Origin: Paraphysomonas bandaiensis
Lineage: Eukaryota > Protista > Chrysophyceae
Assembly (NCBI GenBank): GCA_965644295.1
Contig: CBFFRP010000335.1
Coordinates: 124,001-188,000 of the forward strand
Direction of reading: 5' to 3'
Length of the DNA: 64,000 nt
Shown here: piece by piece, positions 39,715 to 52,962 of the stretch
Layout: every line of letters starts with the position of its first letter
Position numbering within the stretch: position 1 is the first letter of the stretch
The notes under the pieces: model-generated
Database searches by the model: none
Seen by the model: the letters and a program-made list of their open reading frames with translations, nothing else
Told to the model about the DNA's origin: nothing
Translations under genes and position numbers: made by a program

Positions 39715-40406
39715 GTGTGATGTTGGGCTCTTAACAGCGCGTCACTGTTGAACTAGACTGGAGTTTCGTCATTTCTAAGTAGATTGCACATACGCTACCA
39801 GGTAATTAAGTAATAATACGGATTGAGAAATTCTTGTGCCCTACAGCCTACAGCTAAATCATGGGATAAACCAACCCTGAACGCTACAATATTCGGTACT
39901 GCCCTTTTGGAAAAAATATACAAAGAGAACATCGTAATATATTCATAGTAGGTCAAATAGGTTTGAAATGAAAACGTTTCTAGCAATACTAACCATTATG
40001 CCTAGTGAGTGCTTATTGCTTATCTATTGCATTGTCAACATTGACATTATTTCGAACCTCCAGCATCAAGCATCAACATTTATTCAAGTAAAGTTCATTA
40101 GATATTCTATAAGATAACTATCAACTGAAACTCATTCTAAATAAATGCTCAAAAGCGGATTGACAATTAGATCTTACACACAGATGATAATGTTGAATGA
40201 AGCAAAAATGGTTTTCTGACTTTTTCTTCCTCATTCCGCTTGCGCTTCCAATAGGAGCCCTCTGTAAACTGTAAACATGACTTAGAACTTGTGGATATAT
40301 AGTATAGTGTAGAACAATAACAATTACAGTGTTTAATCTGGATCAATCAAAAATTATCTGTAATAATAATGACTTATACTGCATGAGAAATTTTATTTAT
40401 TTAAAT

Positions 40407-40802
40407 CCCTCAACAACGTCGTACTCGCACCTTTTCGAGGTGTTCTAGGGGGTAAGTACGTAAGTACCGCTGGAAAGATTTCTTCGCATATATAGACAGC
40501 AGATATTGTACTGCCCACTCATAGCCAAAGTAACAAGGAACACAGGAACACTACTAAGTGTCACTTTTGTAGACGTCTTTGGGCCCTGACGAATAAACAG
40601 GCATCCAGGAACGGGCCCACCTCAAGGGCAACCGGGGTATTGAACTGCCTACTAAAGTCAAGCATTCGGGAATGGGCCCATATAAAGACTCAAAATCCTG
40701 AAGTTAGCAGATGTCACGTATATCAACATTCTGCTTGCTCACTGCGTTTGCTTGGAGTGATAGAGCGGTAGTGGTACTTGCGGTGACGTTAAATAGTAGG
40801 AT
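40407..40802. repeat. Copy 1 of a diverged ~390-nt non-coding duplicated element (structured RNA or non-autonomous transposon)
   Basis: Collinear blocks shared with 41116-41506: ccctcaaca, gcaccWtttcgWggtgtt, taagtaccg, ctgcccactcatagccaaa, tgtagacgtctttgggcc, tgacgaataaacaggcatcc, accggggtatt, cgttaaatagtaggat. Confidence 0.75.
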
Positions 40803-41115
40803 ATCAGAGTTAAGCATTACTACAGTAGTAGTTTCTTAAATTGTTTTGCAAAATTGTTCTGACTCTAAAGTCAAATTGCCTATTGCTGATAAGAAGACAT
40901 TCACTACTATTCAATATATTTAAATTTGTTGAATTTCCTAGACAAACTAATTTTTCATTATTTTGGTGATTAGTTCCTATAATAGATCCTAAAATATTAT
41001 AAATATAAATACAAAATTTCAGATTTTAAAATAGCTGTGATATGATGTGTCGTTATCTCTAATTTAATTCATTTTTACATATAATGTACAGTCATTTCAA
41101 AAATAGCTCTACATA

Positions 41116-41506
41116 CCCTCAACAAAATCGGCCTGGCACCATTTCGTGGTGTTTTGGGGGATAAGTACCGGAGAGATTCTCTCTAGGAAACTAACGTGAG
41201 CAAACATAGTCAGCAGATATTCTTCTGCCCACTCATAGCCAAATGCTTGTGTGGTACAAGGGACACCAATAAGAGTCACTTGTGTAGACGTCTTTGGGCC
41301 GTGACGAATAAACAGGCATCCGGGAATGGGGCCACCTCAAGGGCATCGTCCGGGACAGGGCCCACCTGAAAGGTAACCGGGGTATTTGACTGCCTGCTGA
41401 AGTCAAGCATCCGGGATGTTCACCTTAAGAACTCGGAGCGGAAGTGGTCGCACCTTGGTGTTTGCGGCGACGCACAAGCAGCTTCCGTAGCGTTAAATAG
41501 TAGGAT
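41116..41506. repeat. Copy 2 of the diverged ~390-nt non-coding duplicated element
   Basis: Same blocks as 40407-40802, with an extra internal copy of the gcatccgggaatgggcccacctcaagg motif. Confidence 0.75.
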
Positions 41507-42043
41507 TAAAAAGTGTGTACTGATTAGTTACAGGTAGAGGTCTAACTAGTTCGTCTAGCATTCATCTAGCTACTAAGTTGGTGCAGGTTTTTAACGTCTA
41601 TTGCTAATAATAAGACTTTCAATCATTAGCTCTCTACATATGCTACATACAAGCAGAATAGACGATTTTTCCGTCATATTGTTGATGAAAATGCCATCAC
41701 CAGTGCACTGACAAGCATGTATTACGTTTTTGTCTGGTGTATATTTTGCAACCATAGAGTTACACGCAATATTTAATGGTTGCATATTACTCCAATGCTT
41801 TTTAATGACTAACAGGCACTATATATTTTCGAATTGATTGTGCATTAATGAAAATTACAAGTGAGTATAAATTGAATTAGAGTTAATGACATATGATATC
41901 ACAGGAAAGAAATGACAAATTAGAGCGCCGTTAATGAACTATTGCAAGATGCAAAATAGATTCAGAACATTGTTGGATAACCAACACATGAATACAGCAC
42001 TATATAATCAATGCATCAGCCGTTAGTTAAGTACGAATATAAG

Positions 42044-43390
42044 CTACAATAGCAGGGTAAGTACAGTGGCCACGACAGCCTGGACCTCCATCTTCAATTG
42101 CTGGGTGTTCACATACTGAAGCAAGTCACTGGAAGTGTGGTACTGAGGATAGTCACTTGCAGCCATTCCACTCTCAAAGAATCCGACGGATGGGTAGCCA
42201 TTCTCATAGAACGACAGGTAGTCGGAGCAGCACGACGAACTATCTGCAGTGGGTAAATCGGGTACATATAGGGCAGTTAATTCCTTCGCCAAGGTCACAA
42301 GTTCGGGCGTGACCGACTTATCCTTGAACCCAAGAGTAATGACATCACCAGCTTGATACCCCAACATATCCGCATTTACCATACCCACAATGTTGACACC
42401 CTGTTCACTCCATAGTGAAGCTAAATACCTACTGCCCAGAAGCCCCTGCTCTTCCCCTGAAAAGAAACATATCTTTAGCCCTCGATTAGCAGGAAATTCA
42501 ATGGTGCTAACAATACTGGCCAGTTCAAGCATAGCAGATGTGCCAGATCCGTTGTCATCCGCTCCCGGAGCACGGTCAGTTGGTGAAGATGAATCTACTG
42601 TACGGGAGTCATAATGCGCACCAGCAACTACCCATTCCGTACTGTCATTATCATGGGAGGATTTCCCGTAGGCAGGCCATGTAGCCACGATATTTTCTGC
42701 CATATCAGGACGAAAAGAAACCAATTCAACACTGAATCCAAACTCCGTTAGACGTGATACAATATACTCCTGGGCTTCGTGGATTGTTTCGGAGTAAGAG
42801 TTTCGGGTTTGAAAAGACTGTAATGCTTCAACAGAAAAAATCAAGGAATCCTCGGACACTGATTCTACGCCTTTGGTAACATCAGGGTTAGTTTCTAACT
42901 TCAGTGAAGTCCATTCGTGAATCAGCGATTCTTGTAGGAGTGGCGGGTGAATGGTGTGTGAAGGTACTGGTATGAAAGATGTATCTTCATCGGCTCCGCA
43001 GCCATCTAACCCGCTTACATTAGGAACATCAGTACCACCGCCTACAATGAGGGAGTTCCCATGATGCAAGTACACTGGTAGTCCTGCAGATAGTAGCTTA
43101 TTCTTAGTTTTGATGGTCTCGTCTGGTGATGGTTCCTCAATAACCCACAGACCATCATCACCAGCTATATGACCTTTAAACACCAAACAATCAGACAGAT
43201 CGGACTCACTCTCCTCTACGAAGATACTAAAATCACGATAAGTTCCTCTGAACGAGAGGTGTGTGTTGGTCTGGTATGACAGAGAAGTGTTCGTGTACTC
43301 TACAGCACACCACATACCGTTACCACCTCCACTCACACTAACAGACACAGATAACAGACACATCAGAGACAGGAGGAGGAGGGAGGACAT
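42044..43390 (-). CDS. Secreted M28-family zinc aminopeptidase (bacterial leucyl aminopeptidase-like), intron-less
   Basis: Signal MSSLLLLSLMCLLSVSVS; Zn-ligand motifs GAHYDS, PGADDNGSG, GEEQGLLGS, NADM, YHTSSD. Confidence 0.9.
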   Translation of the reverse strand: MSSLLLLSLMCLLSVSVSVSGGGNGMWCAVEYTNTSLSYQTNTHLSFRGTYRDFSIFVEESESDLSDCLVFKGHIAGDDGLWVIEEPSPDETIKTKNKLLSAGLPVYLHHGNSLIVGGGTDVPNVSGLDGCGADEDTSFIPVPSHTIHPPLLQESLIHEWTSLKLETNPDVTKGVESVSEDSLIFSVEALQSFQTRNSYSETIHEAQEYIVSRLTEFGFSVELVSFRPDMAENIVATWPAYGKSSHDNDSTEWVVAGAHYDSRTVDSSSPTDRAPGADDNGSGTSAMLELASIVSTIEFPANRGLKICFFSGEEQGLLGSRYLASLWSEQGVNIVGMVNADMLGYQAGDVITLGFKDKSVTPELVTLAKELTALYVPDLPTADSSSCCSDYLSFYENGYPSVGFFESGMAASDYPQYHTSSDLLQYVNTQQLKMEVQAVVATVLTLLL

Positions 43391-43837
43391 GGTGGTTGGT
43401 AGATAAGGGTGATAGATCATGCCTTTAGTTAACTGTCCTCTATGCATACATAGCTACAGAGCATCCCACCTCCAGTGCATGTATCTGCTGTGCGTATACC
43501 ATATACCGGTACTGTACTGTGCGATATACAGTCATATCACATAATTTAGGCACAGACATCCCATATATGGGACACTGTTCACTGCTACGTAGCGAGACTA
43601 CAGCTGTATACTGTACTGTATGAATCTTTCCAATTAGCACGTACTAAAAAATGCTCTATGTACTCTGTATGTATATATATACCAGTATATACCAGTATAG
43701 ACTATAGGTATACTGTACGTCTATGTGTACTTCTACACTCACTGCCGCTGGACGTGTATATCTGGTCTGGCGGATATGGACGACACACACACGCATATCA
43801 CTCCATTGAGAGATCCTCATACACCACTAGACGCCCC

Positions 43838-44805
43838 ATGATTGGTTCAGCTTCAACAGTATCTCGCAGAGTGCTTGCATCGAGCAGATGCATGTGTTTT
43901 CGGTCGCTGAGCTCGTCTCTCATCAGTGTATCTCGATGCGGGAGGAACAGTAACATCCTGCGCATTGAAATGAACTCACCGCCAGTTAATTCTTTGGGCA
44001 TTTCGCTGATTGTAGGGCTCAAAGATGCTATTAAAGATGCCAGCATGGACCCCACATGTGATGGTATCATACTGGCGTCGTCATGTCGAGTGTTCTCCGC
44101 TGGACTCAACATGAGAGAGCTGCACGGAGCCACTGATGCGGATTTAAGTCGTTTTTGGGACGAATTTCAATGTACGCTTATTTTACTGTTGATGTAATAT
44201 CGATTTTGGTGTTGTTTGTTATGTGGCATTTGTAAAATATCTGTTTTTTTGCTACTGTTTAAAAACTCATGCAACACCAAACAGCTCTATGCTTTTCGCT
44301 GTATGGCACGAAGCAAGCCGTGGTTGCGGAGATTGGTGGTCACGCCCCTGCTGCGGCTACAATCTTGGCAAGTTGTTGTGACTCCCGAGTTGCTGCCCCT
44401 GGTGTGACAGTTGGACTTAACGAGTCTGCATTTGGACTTGAAGTACCGTTATTTACTATTACGTTGATGCATGATATGATGGGTGTACGAGCTGCGAACC
44501 GCGCCATGTCATTAGGAACTTTGTTCAAATCTGAAGAGGCGAAACAGCTTGGACTTGTAGATGTTATTGCGCCAAGTGGAGATGCCGAAGTTGTGCAGCA
44601 AGTCGCTTTAGCAGAATGTGAAAAATTTGTGGCTTCCCCTGGGCAGCAGGCGAATAAAATCAACCAACGGCGGCCAACTTTGGCCAAATTTTTGTCAGAG
44701 AGACAAGAGGATCACAAAGCATTTACCAACTGTGTCTCATCCGAAGTGACACAAAAGAGACTGAAGGCTTACCTGGAGTCACTTTCCAATAAAACGAAAA
44801 AGTGA
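43838..44805 (+). CDS. ECI1: Mitochondrial enoyl-CoA delta-isomerase (crotonase fold), 2 exons
   Basis: Presequence MIGSASTVSRRVL; MNSPPVNSL, VFSAGLNMREL, IGGHAPAAATILA, VGLNESAFGL, GLVD; intron 44172-44284. Confidence 0.82.
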
Positions 44806-45618
44806 AACATATATGAAGTATATTTGAGGTACATCTACTGACGGTAATAAAACAATATTCATCTGTAAAGAATAGTTGTATCCTATTACTATTTTTGGTA
44901 TACTGTTACCTGAAAAACAGTGTCCCCAGAAAGAGCGCAATAGCGTCTGGTGCTCGAAGCAATGTGATTGATGAAGTTTTAGTGACTATATAATATAAAA
45001 ACATCACTATTAAGGTTCCTACGCATATAGAACGGCGCAAGGAAACAATTTATTGTAATCAAAAATATATGGTATTGTCGACTCTATTTGGAACTATTCG
45101 AAAATGCTGTACCACACACGTCGTATTCAGCATAGAATATACTAGCGAGTAAAACTTTTAGATTTTAATTGTAGTTTACTTTTTATTCTAGATTATTGAT
45201 GGCAAAATATCGCAATTTATGGCAATGGTATTCTCGGCAGGATTGATATGATATTGTATTATTTATAGAGCGAAACTATTGTCCATTTATATTGTAATAT
45301 CTCGTTTATTAGAACAGTAAGAAATAGTAAGAAAGCAGGCGACAATGGAAGTGCCTTATTTCTTATTTGTGGTGTTAGCGATCAACTCTTTTATTCTCCA
45401 TCAACCCAAATTCTGATATACTGCTGTAAATTTTATTTCAACGATGCTTTTGCATGGGGATGATTGGTGGTGGTGTAAGTGTGTTGCATGGTGTAGTGTG
45501 TAGTGAATACATATAGTACGTTTAGTATGAATAAAGAATTGATCTTAGTATTAGCTGAATCCTAATGATATGTTAAGTTACTATTGTTAAATTTGACCGA
45601 CACTCGCTTACTAGCGAT

Positions 45619-45785
45619 CTGACATATCACTGGCTGCTGTGGTTATTTCGCGTCATTTCTTGGAGAAAACCAATTGCTTCATCGCTTGAGTATTTATCTG
45701 CTTCTAAAAGAGTATTAATAATTAGTAGCATTCTTAAGCGATTGGTTTTCTCCAAAAAATGACACGCAATTACCAGTGATGTCAG
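45619..45785. mobile_element. MITE-like element / long imperfect inverted repeat
   Basis: Left arm ctgacatatcactgg...gcgtcatttcttggagaaaaccaattgctt matches the reverse complement of right arm aagcgattggttttctccaaaaaatgacacgc...ccagtgatgtcag; AT-rich spacer, no ORF. Confidence 0.55.
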
Positions 45786-46080
45786 GTCAATTGCCGATAC
45801 TTATGACGTCATGAGAACACATGTGTATAGTTTATAGTTTTCGCATTTCCACTCGTACACAGTAGATTTACCATAATCCATATGTGAGTTACGAAAGTGA
45901 TTTTACTCTGTGTGAATGTTGAGCAGCAGTTAATGAGTTACGATACATATCACTAAAGCTACAGAGACCCAAGTCAACAATACCTTCAAACCAAAAACTA
46001 TACAAACCTCAGAGTATGTTAAGTTGCTTTGGCTTTTATAACAGAAAACAAAATATATCTAGATAACTTTCTTATTGAAA

Positions 46081-48251
46081 TCAGACAGTATTGGAATGAT
46101 AAAGCGATGCCAGTATAACACCAATCAGTACAATTACCATGGATATAGCTACCATATACACACTACTTTTATATGAAGATACTTTCGATGGTGCTGAGTT
46201 CACTGTGTTGTACGGCTCTGCTAAATGTTCCTCGTTTGATTCCTTCAGTGGTTCAGGATCCTTTTTGGCTTCAGGAGAGAAATCTTCCACTGGATTCTCT
46301 TCTACAGTATCTTCAATGCTTAATTCTTCAACTCTATTATCGCTCTGTAGTTGATCTGTAGGGGAGGTATGCGATACCTCCACTTCAGTAGAGTCGCATT
46401 CTGTGAGATAAGCATCACAATATACACGATTGGGCAAGGAAGACAACAAATGCGCCATAACAAAGGAAAACTTACGCTTAGGTGCAGCGAAGAGTCCTTT
46501 CGCAATCTTTTTGGCCATTCCCCTTTCTCGTCCCTAAATAAAAAGTGGCATTAAGTTCAAATCGTGATGAAGCAAGAGATGTAGCTAACAGAAAATAACA
46601 TATACGTTGGTACAGATGTCACATAAATACCTTATATTTCTTCTTTGCAATATCCACTTTCTTTAACCATGTCTTCGTCACTGAGATCTGACTCTCCAAT
46701 TGCGATATATCAGAATCCAAGTTGTTGTCGCTCTCACTAGTCTCTTTCTCCGCTCTGCCTTTATCAGTTACTAATTTCAACATCTCTTGTTCTTGTATCT
46801 CGAGAAGACGTTTAAAGCATAAATTGCTTTCCTCGTATTCGTGTAATCCCAACGACGCCCTGATAATATAATATCGGTGAGGACATTATACCTATGAAAG
46901 CTGGTGCAATAATTCGTAGGTTTATAAGATTTACCTGCCAGCTCTCAACAACCCTTTCTTGTTGTTCGGGTCCATTTCCAGCACCTACACAAAAGTATCA
47001 ATTATAATTATATTGTACTATCACATACTCAGCAATTTATACTAACCTTGATACAAGCTTCTCTCGCCTTGAAACTGTCATCTACACTTAAGTGACAGGC
47101 TGCGAGATTGTTCAAGCAGTCCACATATAACTAACACACAGAAAACATAACTGACGAAACTAAGCAGCGACCACATAGAAATGGCCTGCAAAACACCCCT
47201 CACCTTGAAAAGGTTCCTTGCCATTAGACCATCTTCAGTATCATCCAGAGAATCCATATTTCCCAACAATGTTTCGGCAGCTTTTCCTCCTTGAGAGAAG
47301 TTTCGTCCAGCTCGCATAAAATCCCCATATGAAAACCATCTATGCAAACCATTGTCACATGTATACAACAAGGCACAATTTAGCACACATGGTTGTACTT
47401 TATAAACTGGCCTACACATGATTCATTAAACAGTACTATATATCAACAACATTAATACATAGATGTATGCTCAATCGCCACCAGCGTAATGATGCGGAGA
47501 GCATTCACAACACAATACCTATTTCCAGACTCCTTCTTGATACTGACTTCAAATAGAGTCGCTTCAAGACTACTGGTATCAGCAGCATCTCTGTGCTGTA
47601 CAAAAAGTATGTAATAAGTAAAACATAAGTATTACCTCGATGAAAATCGAGCTATGCTCCACACACAAGCCCACACAAGTCTAATATACCGACACACTTA
47701 CTTCCAATACTTTTACGTCGAATTCAAGGTCAGTGTTCGGAGGTATCTCCTGCACAGTCCCACTCCCCTTTCGACCTACCGGCCCAAACGCAAACTTTGA
47801 ATCACATCTTGCTCTAAAGTGCTCTCCAACAGAGCTATGACGCAACGGAAGTTCGAGTCCTTTAACAAAGAGTGATGGAGTGAAACTGAACGAATGGTAA
47901 GTTACCCGGAACAGCATCGCCATCACCGATCTTGAAGCTAGCTCCATGCATGACCTCCACAGGCTGTGACTGACCCTTCACATACACCTCTATATCCGCC
48001 TTAACGACCATCTTCATCTCAGCGATAACTCCGCTTCCAGGTGTGATCCTCTGCGATCATGTTAATGTGTGTGTTTCTACTGCCACTTCATATGCGTATA
48101 TATATGTACCTTGACGCATATATCCGACCCCATTAACTCCTGCATATCACAGTGTAGTGTGTCACAGTGTGGTTAGGACTGCCTGTGCATCAACATACAA
48201 CACACGCACCTCCCACTCCCCATCATCCGAGACCTTTTCGCTCTCTGTCAT
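46081..48251 (-). CDS. FKBP-type PPIase with TPR repeats and C-terminal tail anchor (FKBP8/FKBP42-like), about 10 exons
   Basis: FKBP domain FKIGDGDAVP|GLEL...VGE...DSKFAFG...IPPNTDLEFDVKVLE; TPR segments KKESGN|RWF, CLNNLAACHL, VLEMDPNNKKGLLRAG; C-terminal TM VYMVAISMVIVLIGVILASLY. Confidence 0.85.
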
Positions 48252-49818
48252 TCTACACGATTCGGGGTATCTTTCGGTTCAAGATGATTCCACGGCAACA
48301 GGTCGGTATGATGTATATGTGTGTTGTAGATCTCTCGCTGTGATGTGCTGCGCTGTGTCGTAGATGTTCAGGTCTTGTGGTACAGTATACAGCAGTATGC
48401 TGGTGGGATACACGGCCGTATCGGCAGTCAGCATCTTAGTTTTCGGAAATATAACGAAGTAAATATTCTCTATATTACTGCAATACAAGTACGGCTGAAA
48501 TACAGATAATTGTTGACTCAATATATGAGGCATCTATGAACAAAAATGTACGAAGGATGCCGATATGGCAGTGTATGTATGTGTACAAGTGGTGTCGTAG
48601 GAATTCCTAGTATAGTATATCAGCACACAGCAGTAGGAAATCCCAGTGTTGGTCTATACATGGTATACCGCATACCGCAGTATATAAAGTAATCTCACTC
48701 TGCTCTGTACTCCACTGTATATATGGTATACCATGCTGTACGTAGAAGGTATGAGCCAGCGGTGGACTAAGAAAGATATGGCCAGCATATGTACAACTCT
48801 TATCCTGAAGTAGACTCAAACATCGAAGAACCTACAAGTGATACTGAGGACCTTATCTCAGAGTTAAGACTCTGGTAATGCCAACGCGGCTGCTACTACC
48901 ATGCTGAATATGTTCTGCTGGAGTCAGCAAGGCTCAGTCATTCTCTCGAACATCATGTTGTACTTATCCTGTTGAGCAATGTAAAGAAGTAAATCAAAAC
49001 TTTTTAAGTGTGAGCCTAATAACACGATCAGTGCGACAACAAGATCGAATTTGTTCACAAGCTAGACTTATTTAGTTTATAGACCACGTCAGCTGCTTAC
49101 TGCTTCACCTATAATATCCATGCATGGAATATGTCAATAAAACAAAAATGGTAATCATGTCTATCATAGTAATTGTAAATACGAAATAATGCAATTGATA
49201 TATTTCAAGTATTACGTATACTGCTTGCTGTTGAAATTTAACATATTGCCCCTGCTTGCTTCTCAAAAACTCTTGGAATCATAGTAGGAATATATATACA
49301 AAAGGCGAGAACATAATTTTCCTTAATTTTCCTTTCCATTCCGCTTTCCCTTTATTATCATGAATTGACTTAACTTTATGCTAACGTTTTGTTCTTTTGT
49401 TTTCTATTATTTTCAATAAGGAAAATTAAAAAGTCTTTGACTTGTGTTTGTGATATGTTATAGTGTCATGATAATTGAATAACAAGAAGTTCAAACTGCA
49501 TCAATCCATATCAAAATATTTCATTTAATTGTTTTCATCTAATGAAATTATTCAACATATTTATAAAGTGCATTAAATTGTGTGTATGATAAAAAAAACT
49601 CTTGAAGAACAATGTAAGTATGCGATTGGTGATAGGAGTACTCCGTTCTATATAACAGAAGTATGTGTCCTAACCGCGCCAAAATTGACGACTCCTAGTG
49701 TAACCGAACCGCACATTACAACAACGAGGCATACTAACTTGATTATAACATAGAAATATGCAGAGATGTAATAAGTTCCTCATCGAAACACAATTTATCC
49801 TTCCGAAATACCTAGAGA

Positions 49819-50325
49819 TTATTTTAAAAAAGTCGCTGACAATCCAGATACAAGTGCTGCCATGAATAATCCGTTACCACTATACACAGTATATTAGAAA
49901 AGTCATCAAGATATTATCAAACGTACCGAGCAGTACGTACGCATGATGTCACTGCGAATGCCACTGTACCCCAAGAAATCCCTGCACTAGCTCCAGCTAC
50001 AAGCGGTCTATATGTTGCATCTGGAATACTCTTTCGGGCAGTCCAATGTATTCCTTTGAATAAACCATAAAATGTCCCAAATATCAGTGCATTCCCTCCT
50101 ACCGCTCTAAAATTCCTATTAGTCAGAATAATACTCTGTCTACACATACCTCATCAATCCCACAGCAGTATAAGGGACAACCCGGGTCATCGCTTCTTTT
50201 TTAAAATTATATGTTGTACCCATAGCTACTCCCCACAGAGAACCAAAATATAGGCCACTTAGAGCCCCATGCACGAAAGAAGCATGCAGAGATGTGTGAT
50301 CGTCGCCCATCAGTCCGTTCGACAT
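49819..50325 (-). CDS. Small Gly-rich membrane protein, Tim17/Tim22/Tim23-family-like (3 exons)
   Basis: GALSGLYFGSLWG, RAVGGNALIFGTFYGLFKG, LVAGASAGISWG, and last exon GNGLFMAALVSGLSATFLK*. The GxxxG helices fit the Tim17 family. Confidence 0.6.
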
Positions 50326-50680
50326 ATCGCTCGCTCACTATATAAGAAATCAAAGACAGATAACAGCTATGTTTGTTTTCACTATCTGGGTCTCAGTGGG
50401 ACAGAATAAGCACGCACTCAGACGGTTACTTCCCATCAGCTGTTAGTGCTGATATCAGTTAATATGCACTCGCAGCCAGGTGAGTATCGATACATACAGT
50501 ACACATGTACACACAGCAGCGCAGTAGTTTCTATAATATCCCTGGTTTTGATACATGCTTCTACAAAAAACAGTTTCTTCAATGCAGCAGCTGTAGTCCA
50601 GCTGGTGTATTGTGTGAACATACAGCCAGAGCACAGTGCTCTGTTGTCAACGTCTCCAGAGCACGCACGAGTAGTCGTGG

Positions 50681-51357
50681 ATGAGAGAGCAGGACTATAG
50701 TGCATGACTATCACTTTCTTCTCGTGCACTGTATTGCACTGAACGAAATGGAACTGCACAAAGCCAGTATTGAAGATGCTGAAGAGATTATGAGGTGAGG
50801 GTCGCACCGTTACATGTGAGAGGTCTAACCAGTGTCGTTCCAATGATATGGACATCGCCTACATCAGAGTCATAAATGAAGCGTATATAGTTGAGACAGG
50901 AAACTCTGGGTATGCTTTTAAACACGGTTCTCGCTTTTCGCAACCATTGGAGCCATTCATGGAGTTAGCATATCAAGAAGGTCGAATAATCAAAGTTGTA
51001 GATATCGAGACAAGCAGCATTGTAGGAGCGACCTATTGGATCATTTCGGAGCACGATACTCTCTACTTTGGCCCTTTTGCAGTTAAACCAGACATGCAAG
51101 GACGAGGTATAGGGAAAATGATGCTAAATGAAATCGAGCGCATTGCTAGGGACAAAGGTCTGCGTTATATTGAAATAAAAGTGGTGAACCATAGAACAGA
51201 TTTGCTACCATGGTATGAAAAACTAGGATATATACAGACTGGTACAATTCCGTGGCCAGAATCGCGCTTATGTGTACTTACAAGACCTTCACATTTTATT
51301 ACAATGCGAAGGGAACTGTGTCCCGCAGATTCTACTCTCACTAGCTCAACCGCCTAG
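50681..51357 (+). CDS. GNAT-family N-acetyltransferase (5' exon structure uncertain)
   Basis: ASIEDAEEIMR|VINEAY, LYFGPFAVKPDMQGRGIGKMML (acetyl-CoA motif A), LLPWYEKLGY. The main exon lies within 50848-51357; the start codon is tentative. Confidence 0.82.
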
Positions 51358-52521
51358 AAAGAATATAGATGTCGTGGTCACAACACAAAACTATCAACAT
51401 AAGGATATATAATGCTTAGTATTAAAGAAATGTTGCTATGTAATGTTACTATATAGTTTTGAATATATCAGAATGGATACTCTTATGTGCCTCTGTGGGT
51501 CCCCATATGTAAATTTCTAAATTACGTGGTCGCACCTCACGGAGCAACACATCTATGTCCATGTATTTCTGCATACATATGTTGATACTTTATAATCGTA
51601 TTAATATACTAGTGATACTTTATTCAGACCAGTGTTTCAAAGATCATTAAAAATCTCCTAGTAACTTTAACCAGTTTAACGTTACCCTGACGACATGTCT
51701 AGATTTTTACTATTACTATATCATGATTGTTTTATTATAGATCGCTCATTTTTATGCACTCGTGTGTACTCATAGCTTATCAATTCAAAATATGTATTCC
51801 ATACTATAACAGTAATCAGAACGGCAGCGTAACGCGTAACAATGTAACAATTAATCGCTGATTCTAATCGCAATTATTACTTGCTGTCTCAATCAAATAA
51901 TACTAAATGAAGTACTTATACTTATACTACCCATTAGCTGCCAACATAGCTTGCTCAACTGTCACTTTAGCTTTTTGACTTGTAATCTTGCAACGACATA
52001 AGTATTCAAAAGGCAGCATTACACTCATTACACGCGTATAATATAACGTATAACGACGATCAAATAAAAGCATACTTTGAAGTTTTTTTCTGTGTACATT
52101 TCGGAACTACGTAATCGCTCTCTACTATGAGGTACGATATATATGATATGTGGTATGTGGAATTGATTTCTATACAGAATACGTAGCTAGCGGAACGGAA
52201 GCAAGATGAAAGAAAAATGGAAGATTGTTTCTATCATCGAGGACCTATTAGTGTCCAGCCATGATTCATCTATACATAATTTTGCACTTTATCTAATAAT
52301 TAAATGTTTTAATCTTTAATCAACATCAGCGTTGTAAATAACAACTACAAGATATATTGGAGCACACTACGCTCCACCATTGCTCCGTATATGGAGGCAT
52401 ATAAACTATGCTAATAGAATTTCAACTAACTTCGGATGGGTAATAAAGAGATACTTATTCATTACTCCTTGTGACAAGATTGATGGGCTATAAAATGAAA
52501 GACCAACTCCGAGATCTATAT

Positions 52522-52962
52522 TTATCTTCCCTGTTGTCTTGATGCTAGTGTGTGGTTTACTACATTCATAGTTTCAAAATACCTACAAATCGTTAGTGCG
52601 AGTTAGCTAAACAAAGTACATCTTACCTATCGACGCAGTTCGATAAACACGATTGCTCACGAGAATCCAGACCATCGCCACTTTTGCCAGTGCTAAAAAA
52701 GAATTACAAGTTTCATCATTTTACGGCCACTTCCTTACCACTTCTTGAAGCATGATTCGGTAATCTTACCGACCTGCATAAAATTGATAATTTAGTGGAG
52801 TGTATCCAATCAAATAAGTACTCCATACCAGCTCTTGCATCATCTGAAAATATAGAGTCAGTACACATAATTATATCGTCAAACGTAATTCACCTGTGCT
52901 TGGACCTCGGCCTTGACCTTATTCACGTACTCCTGTTGCTGTTGAGGTGTTGGTGTAGACAT
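52522..52962 (-). CDS. TIM13: Mitochondrial small Tim chaperone Tim13 (twin CX3C), 5 exons; not in the ORF track
   Basis: Exons 52962-52894, 52843-52829, 52773-52739, 52692-52627 and 52582-52522 (all GT-AG) splice to MSTPTPQQQQEYVNKVKAEVQAQMMQELVGKITESCFKKCTGKSGDGLDSREQSCLSNCVDRYFETMNVVNHTLASRQQGR*. Confidence 0.88.

Noticed and set aside
40580-40800. Hammerhead (ctgacga), HDV-like (cccacctcaaggg) or pistol (cgttaaatagt) ribozyme in the duplicated element
   Set aside because: The required flanking stems are absent, and the hammerhead core is not conserved in copy 2 (gtgacga).
40407-41506. U1, U3, SRP, RNase P/MRP or telomerase RNA identity
   Set aside because: I could not find the diagnostic boxes or a telomere template on either strand by eye.
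48700-48960. Exon-like fragment DSNIEEPTSDTEDLISELRLW on the plus strand
   Set aside because: No convincing start or splice chain.
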